Assembly: GCA_963776915.1 (NCBI GenBank) | Contig: CAVZPE010000008.1 | Location: 321,780 to 385,779, forward strand | Direction of reading: 5' to 3' | From: an uncultured Acidobacteriota bacterium | GTDB taxonomy: Bacteria; Acidobacteriota; Thermoanaerobaculia; UBA5066 | Length of the DNA stretch: 64,000 nucleotides | Shown here: positions 60,112 through 64,000 of the stretch, piece after piece | How positions within the stretch are numbered: the first letter of the stretch is position 1 | Layout: every line of letters begins with the position of its first letter | Notes under the pieces: model-generated | Told to the model about the DNA's origin: nothing | Databases searched by the model: none | The model's input: only the letters and a program-made list of their open reading frames with translations | Translations under genes and position numbers: made by a program

Positions 60112-61050
60112 TCAGCGGCTGAGCCAGAGGTACTGGTAGGCGATTCCGATACGAGTCGAAGCGGGATCCGATCCTGGCGTCCACCCCCCTGGAGGCCGGA
60201 CAGCTTGATCGAGTGGCCCCTCGCGACGGGGACCGAGGCGGTCAGGCCGGCGCGGCTGTTCGCCTGCCGCGTGTCGCCCGGGACGTCGTTCGTGTACGTC
60301 TTGCCGCCGGCGTAGTACGTCGCGTCCGCGGCGATCCAGAGGCCGGGCCTCACCGTGTATCCGACGTGCGCCTGGAAGCTGTAGAGCGGGTCCTGCGAGC
60401 GGACGTTCTCGCCGGGGTAGGTGTGGTCGTTGTCGAGGAACAGCCAGACGCCGGCCGCGGCCTCGAGCGTCCACCGGCCCGATCGGGAACGACAGGCCGA
60501 ACTCGGGCCGGAACGCCCAGCGGTTCGTCCCGATGTTGATGAGCTTCTCGTTGCTGTACTGGCCCGTCGGGACGACGACGATGAGGCTGAAGCCGAGCGT
60601 CGGCTCGGGCTTGCGGGTTCTGAACTCCTTCACCGACAGTGCCGGCCCGCCGATGAGGTTGACGACGAAGCGCAGGCGCATGTCGCCGAGCCCCGAGCGC
60701 GTGATCGACTGGTATGTCTCCCCCACGTTCCCGTCCACCGACGCCCAGACGTACGGGACCACGACGGCGACGGACGAGATCCGTCCGAAGAGGTTGAACG
60801 TGTGCCCGTACCCACCGACGACGCCGTTGATGAAGGCGCGAACGTCCGAGAAGGGCAGGGAGGGATCGAAGAGGACATCGCCGGACTGGTACGAGTAGTT
60901 CACGAGGAGGAAGTTCGCATCCTTCGGCGACGGGGCGTACGCGCGCGGCTCGAGGTCCTGGGCGCGAGCGGGCGCCGCGAGAACTCCGGCGAGCACTGCG
61001 GCGGCGACGAAGACGCAGGCGCGCGGGAGACGTGTCATGGTCGGGCGCAT
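60112..61050 (-). CDS. outer-membrane beta-barrel protein, MetA-pathway/phenol-degradation-like transporter family (2-4 frameshifts in the 3' third)
   Basis: A signal peptide is followed by QDLEPRAYAPSPKDANFLLVNYSYQSGDVLFDPSLPFSDV. It continues across frames as ..RWTLEAAAGVWLFLDNDHTYPGENV..GLWIAADATYYAGGKTYTND.. and ends IGIAYQYLWLSR. The breaks are near 60482, 60197 (a G6 run) and 60150. Confidence 0.7.
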   Translation of the reverse strand: MRPTMTRLPRACVFVAAAVLAGVLAAPARAQDLEPRAYAPSPKDANFLLVNYSYQSGDVLFDPSLPFSDVRAFINGVVGGYGHTFNLFGRISSVAVVVPYVWASVDGNVGETYQSITRSGLGDMRLRFVVNLIGGPALSVKEFRTRKPEPTLGFSLIVVVPTGQYSNEKLINIGTNRWAFRPEFGLSFPIGPVDARGRGRRLAVPRQRPHLPRRERPLAGPALQLPGARRIHGEARPLDRRGRDVLRRRQDVHERRPGRHAAGEQPRRPDRLGPRREGPLDQAVRPPGGWTPGSDPASTRIGIAYQYLWLSR

Positions 61051-61070
61051 CGTAGCCGAACGCGGCGCGG

Positions 61071-62483
61071 TCACAGCGGCGGCCTCTTCCGGTGCCACTC
61101 CGTCCGCGCCTGGACGGCGGTTCCGAGCGAGACGAGCGTCTCGTCCGAGAACGCCCGCCCCGTGAGCTGGAACGCGGTCGGGAGGCCGTTCTCGCCGAAG
61201 CCGTTCGGCACCGAGAGCGCGGGCTGGCCGGCGAGGTTGCCGGCGGCGATGACGGCCGGTCCGCCGCCGATCCCCGGGTAGACCTTGTCGAAGTCCGGGC
61301 CGATCGGGTACGACACCGTCGCGCGCGAAGGCGAGACGAGCGCGTCGAACTTCGCGTAGAGGGCGTCGAGCGCCTTCTTCATGGGCGCCCTGAGGCGCAG
61401 CGCCTGGAGGTAGTCGACCGCGAGGACCATCGAGGCCGCGTAGCCGCCCCAGCGGTCGTTCGGGACCCTCAGCTCCTTCGCGCGCCCGCTCTCGATGAGG
61501 TCGCGGAACGCGCTCGCGCCTTCCGCCCCGACGATCGTCCCGACGGCGGGCCCGTACGGAAAGTCGGGGAACTCGACGTCCGGGACGACGTCGCAGAACG
61601 CGGCGAGCACCTTCAGCGACTCCTCGAAGTTTCTCCGCACCTCGGGCTGCGCCTTCTCGAAGGAGCCCTTGATCACCCCGACCCGCGGGCGCCTCGCCTT
61701 CGCCGACGTCTTCGCCGCCGCGGGGCGGAACGGACGGTTCACGGACGTCGCGTCCTTCGGGTCCCGGCCCGCGATCGCGGCCATCACGAGGCCGCAGTCC
61801 TCGGCCGAGCGGCACATCGGCCCGAGCTTGTCGAGCGTCCAGCACAGCGCCATCGCGCCGTGCCGGCTCACGCGCCCGTACGTCGGGCGCAGGCCCGTGA
61901 CGCCCGAGAACGCGGCGGGCGTCACGATGGAGCCCGACGTCTCGGACCCGATCGAGAACGCGACGAGGCCGGCCGCCGTGGCCGCGCCGGGCCCCGAGGA
62001 GGACCCGCCCGACCAGAAGCCGGTGTTCCAGGGCGTGCGGCCCGGACCCGTGAAGGAGGCGTCCGCGTTGTTGTAGCCGAACCCGCCGGCGAGCTCGACC
62101 ATCGCGAGCTTGGCGACGAGGACCGCGCCCGCGTCGCGGAGCCTCGTGACGACCGTGGCGTCCTCGTCGAAGACCTGCTCGCGGAAGGGCGCGGCGCCCC
62201 AGGTGGTCGGGATGCCTTTCGTCGCGAGGAGATCCTTCACCCCGTACGGGATGCCGTGCAGGGGCCCGCGCCATTTCCCGGCCGCGATCTCCGCCTCGGC
62301 GGCCTTCGCCTCCGCGAGGGCGAGATCGCGGGTGACCGTGACGACCGCCCCGAGCTTCGGCCCGATCCGCTCGAGCCGCTCGAGGTATCCCTCGGCGAGC
62401 GCGACGGGCGAGAGCTGTCGCGACTTGAGCTTCTGGGACAGTTGCGGGACGGAAAGAAAGAAGACGGATTCTTCGAGGGTCAT
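61071..62483 (-). CDS. amidase (amidase signature family), no signal peptide of its own
   Basis: GIPYGVKDL and GGSSSGPGAATAAGLVAFSIGSETSGSI. The N-terminus MTLEESVFFLSVPQLSQKL aligns to residues ~150 onward of the fused paralogue at 30160..31965. Confidence 0.9.
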   Translation of the reverse strand: MTLEESVFFLSVPQLSQKLKSRQLSPVALAEGYLERLERIGPKLGAVVTVTRDLALAEAKAAEAEIAAGKWRGPLHGIPYGVKDLLATKGIPTTWGAAPFREQVFDEDATVVTRLRDAGAVLVAKLAMVELAGGFGYNNADASFTGPGRTPWNTGFWSGGSSSGPGAATAAGLVAFSIGSETSGSIVTPAAFSGVTGLRPTYGRVSRHGAMALCWTLDKLGPMCRSAEDCGLVMAAIAGRDPKDATSVNRPFRPAAAKTSAKARRPRVGVIKGSFEKAQPEVRRNFEESLKVLAAFCDVVPDVEFPDFPYGPAVGTIVGAEGASAFRDLIESGRAKELRVPNDRWGGYAASMVLAVDYLQALRLRAPMKKALDALYAKFDALVSPSRATVSYPIGPDFDKVYPGIGGGPAVIAAGNLAGQPALSVPNGFGENGLPTAFQLTGRAFSDETLVSLGTAVQARTEWHRKRPPL

Positions 62484-62843
62484 GAGGGCCTCCCCTCGAG
62501 TCCGGCCGTGAAGATGACGTCAGGCTCGTCCCCGTTGCCGAGCGCCGTCTTCTTCATCGTCTCCGCGGCCTTGAGCCTCCCGTCGATCGCCTTCGCGATC
62601 TGCCCGAGCTGCTCGCCCGACAGGTTCTTCCCCCATCGGATCCGGACGACTTCCGTGAGCGCCTCGGCCACGGAAGACGGCGCTTCCGGCGTCGGCACCG
62701 GAGGTCGGGGCGTCCGGCGTCGCCGCCGGCGTCACAGCCTGGCCGATGGCGGCGGCCGGGAGAAGCGCCGCGGGAGCCGCGGCCGCCGCCGCGAGCGTCC
62801 GGGCGAACGCGCGTCGCGAGATCGTGTGGGGGCGCTCGGGCAT
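62480..62843 (-). CDS. small Tat-signal protein, translationally coupled to the amidase (one 1-nt insertion near 62700)
   Basis: MPERPHTISRRAFARTLAAAAAAPAALLPAAAIGQA is the twin-arginine signal. Removing one G in tccGgtg joins ..DAPTS to VPTPEAPSSVAEALTEVVRIRWGKNLSGEQLGQIAKAIDGRLKAAETMKK. The stop overlaps the amidase ATG (ATGA). Confidence 0.6.
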
Positions 62844-63062
62844 TTTCTTCGCCTCCTTCGTCGGAATTCCTCTCTCTGCAATCTATCTTGATTCGGCGCG
62901 TGTCGCTCTCCATACTCCGCCGGTCATGACGGTCACGACCCTCGCCACCGGGCTCATTTCGTCGCTCCTCGAGAGGGAGGCGGAGATTCGCCTCGTTCTC
63001 GTCAAGCGCACGCGCGACGGCGGGCGAGGGGATTAGCCGGAGAAGGCGAACGGAACCCCCCG

Positions 63063-63095
63063 AGCCCGCTCATCGAGAGCGGGCTTTTTCGTTTT
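63063..63095 (+). terminator. intrinsic terminator-like hairpin with T-tract, 33 nt upstream of the gltB start
   Basis: A perfect 9-bp stem: AGCCCGCTC (63063-63071), loop ATCGA, GAGCGGGCT (63077-63085), followed by TTTTCGTTTT. Confidence 0.7.
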
Positions 63096-63127
63096 CGGGG
63101 CACTAAGTAATGGAGCAAGGAGCCGGG

Positions 63128-64000
63128 ATGCCCGAGGGACGCCGGAGACGCTGGACGGACGGGGTCGACGCGGGTCGAAATCCGTACCGGGAGTACGACG
63201 CGTGCGGCGTCGGCTTCGTGGCGCATCCCCGGCAGTCGTCGCACCGCGTCCTGCGCCTCGCGCTGGGCGGCCTCTCGCGCGTCGCGCACCGCGGCGCCAC
63301 GGGCAGCGACCGGACGGGCGACGGCGCCGGCATCCTGACCCGCATCCCGGACAGGCTGTTCCGCCGCGAGGCGGCGAGGCTGTCGTTCGCGCCTCGCCGA
63401 CGAAGCGCCGTTCGCCATCGGGACGTTCTTCCTGCCGCGGCGTCGGGACGGCCAGCTCTGGTCGATGGAGATCGTCGAGAAGGCTCTCGCCGACGAAGGG
63501 CTTCCGCATCTCGGCTGGCGCACCGTGCCCGTGCGGCTGGATCGACTGGGTCCCGCGGCGGAGGCGGCGCATCCCGCGATCGTCCACGCCTTCGTCGGTC
63601 TGCCGCCGGGCGTCGACCTCGAGGAGTGGGAGCGGAGGCTCTATCTGGCCGGGCGTGTCGCGGCCCGGCGCGCGCACCGCCAGGAGCTTCACGGCTTCTG
63701 CGTCGTGTCCCTCTCCCACCGGACGCTCGTGTACAAGGCCCTCCTCACGGGGACGGAGCTGAAGTCGTTCTACCCGGACCTCGAGGAGCCCGATTACACG
63801 ACGAGCGTCGCCGTCTTCCACCAGCGCTACTCGACGAACACGGCGCCGAGCTGGAGTCTCGCCCAGCCGTTCCACCTCCTCGCGCACAACGGCGAGATCA
63901 ACACGCTGTGGGGGAACCGCAACGCGATGCGCGCGCGCGAGCCCGAGCTCGCCTCGCCGGTCTGGGGCGAGAGGCTCGTGCGCCTCCTTCCGGTCCTCAC
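63128..64000 (+). CDS. gltB: glutamate synthase large subunit, N-terminal amidotransferase domain (partial, runs off the window; one frameshift near 63389)
   Basis: The ATG at 63128 follows AAGGAG. YDACGVGFVAHPRQSSHRVLRLALGGLSRVAHRGATGSDRTGDGAGIL. After the extra C in gcgCctc it continues LADEAPFAIGTFFLP...SLSHRTLVYKALL...FHQRYSTNTAPSWSLAQPFHLLAHNGEINTLWGN. Confidence 0.9.
   Translation, partial: MPEGRRRRWTDGVDAGRNPYREYDACGVGFVAHPRQSSHRVLRLALGGLSRVAHRGATGSDRTGDGAGILTRIPDRLFRREAARLSFAPRRRSAVRHRDVLPAAASGRPALVDGDRREGSRRRRASASRLAHRARAAGSTGSRGGGGASRDRPRLRRSAAGRRPRGVGAEALSGRACRGPARAPPGASRLLRRVPLPPDARVQGPPHGDGAEVVLPGPRGARLHDERRRLPPALLDEHGAELESRPAVPPPRAQRRDQHAVGEPQRDARARARARLAGLGREARAPPSGPH

Overview
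This is a very GC-rich (by eye about 70%) chromosomal segment. It is densely packed with about 55 protein genes and has no rRNA, tRNA, CRISPR array, transposase, integrase or phage gene that I can recognise. The gene content suggests a soil or sediment Gram-negative, possibly Acidobacteriota- or Gemmatimonadota-like (low-confidence inference). That content includes a tricorn-like protease, a BNR/sortilin-like protein, M16, M28 and S9 peptidases, Tat-exported amidases, and DUF2911, DUF4136 and DUF4239 proteins. Recognisable blocks: arfB, a hotdog thioesterase and an orphan HerA/DUF87 ATPase (0.2-3.2 kb); a spermidine-synthase-like membrane protein and an M28 peptidase; mdh-sdhCAB (7.3-11.6 kb); a co-directional MBL hydrolase, acyl-CoA ligase, prolyl oligopeptidase and O-methyltransferase row; the tricorn protease; a B12-radical SAM gene; bacilliredoxin, dienelactone hydrolase and USP; two amidase loci; two amidohydrolases; a minus-strand GH5, GT-C-like, MFS and PIG-L glycan-type cluster (44.8-53.4 kb); a translationally coupled parvulin PPIase, three HupE/UreJ paralogues and DUF4239 operon (53.4-57.2 kb); a sulfatase and outer-membrane-protein locus; and the 5' end of gltB. 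Two sequence-level features stand out. (1) A family of AT- and purine-rich imperfect palindromes has the core TTCTTAGAAGGTGAAGAGG. Three full hairpin copies and several solo arms occur between genes and also in-frame inside coding regions, where third-position GC collapses. This resembles the Rickettsia palindromic elements, but in a high-GC genome. (2) There are many single-base frameshifts, mostly G/C homopolymer length changes. They are clustered in mdh-sdhCA, in a hypothetical gene at 17.6-18.4 kb and in a membrane protein gene at 43.1-44.8 kb, and most likely reflect assembly error. Because of this, many long ORFs in the supplied track are chimeras of two genes or antisense GC-rich artefacts, and several coordinates below span frameshifts.
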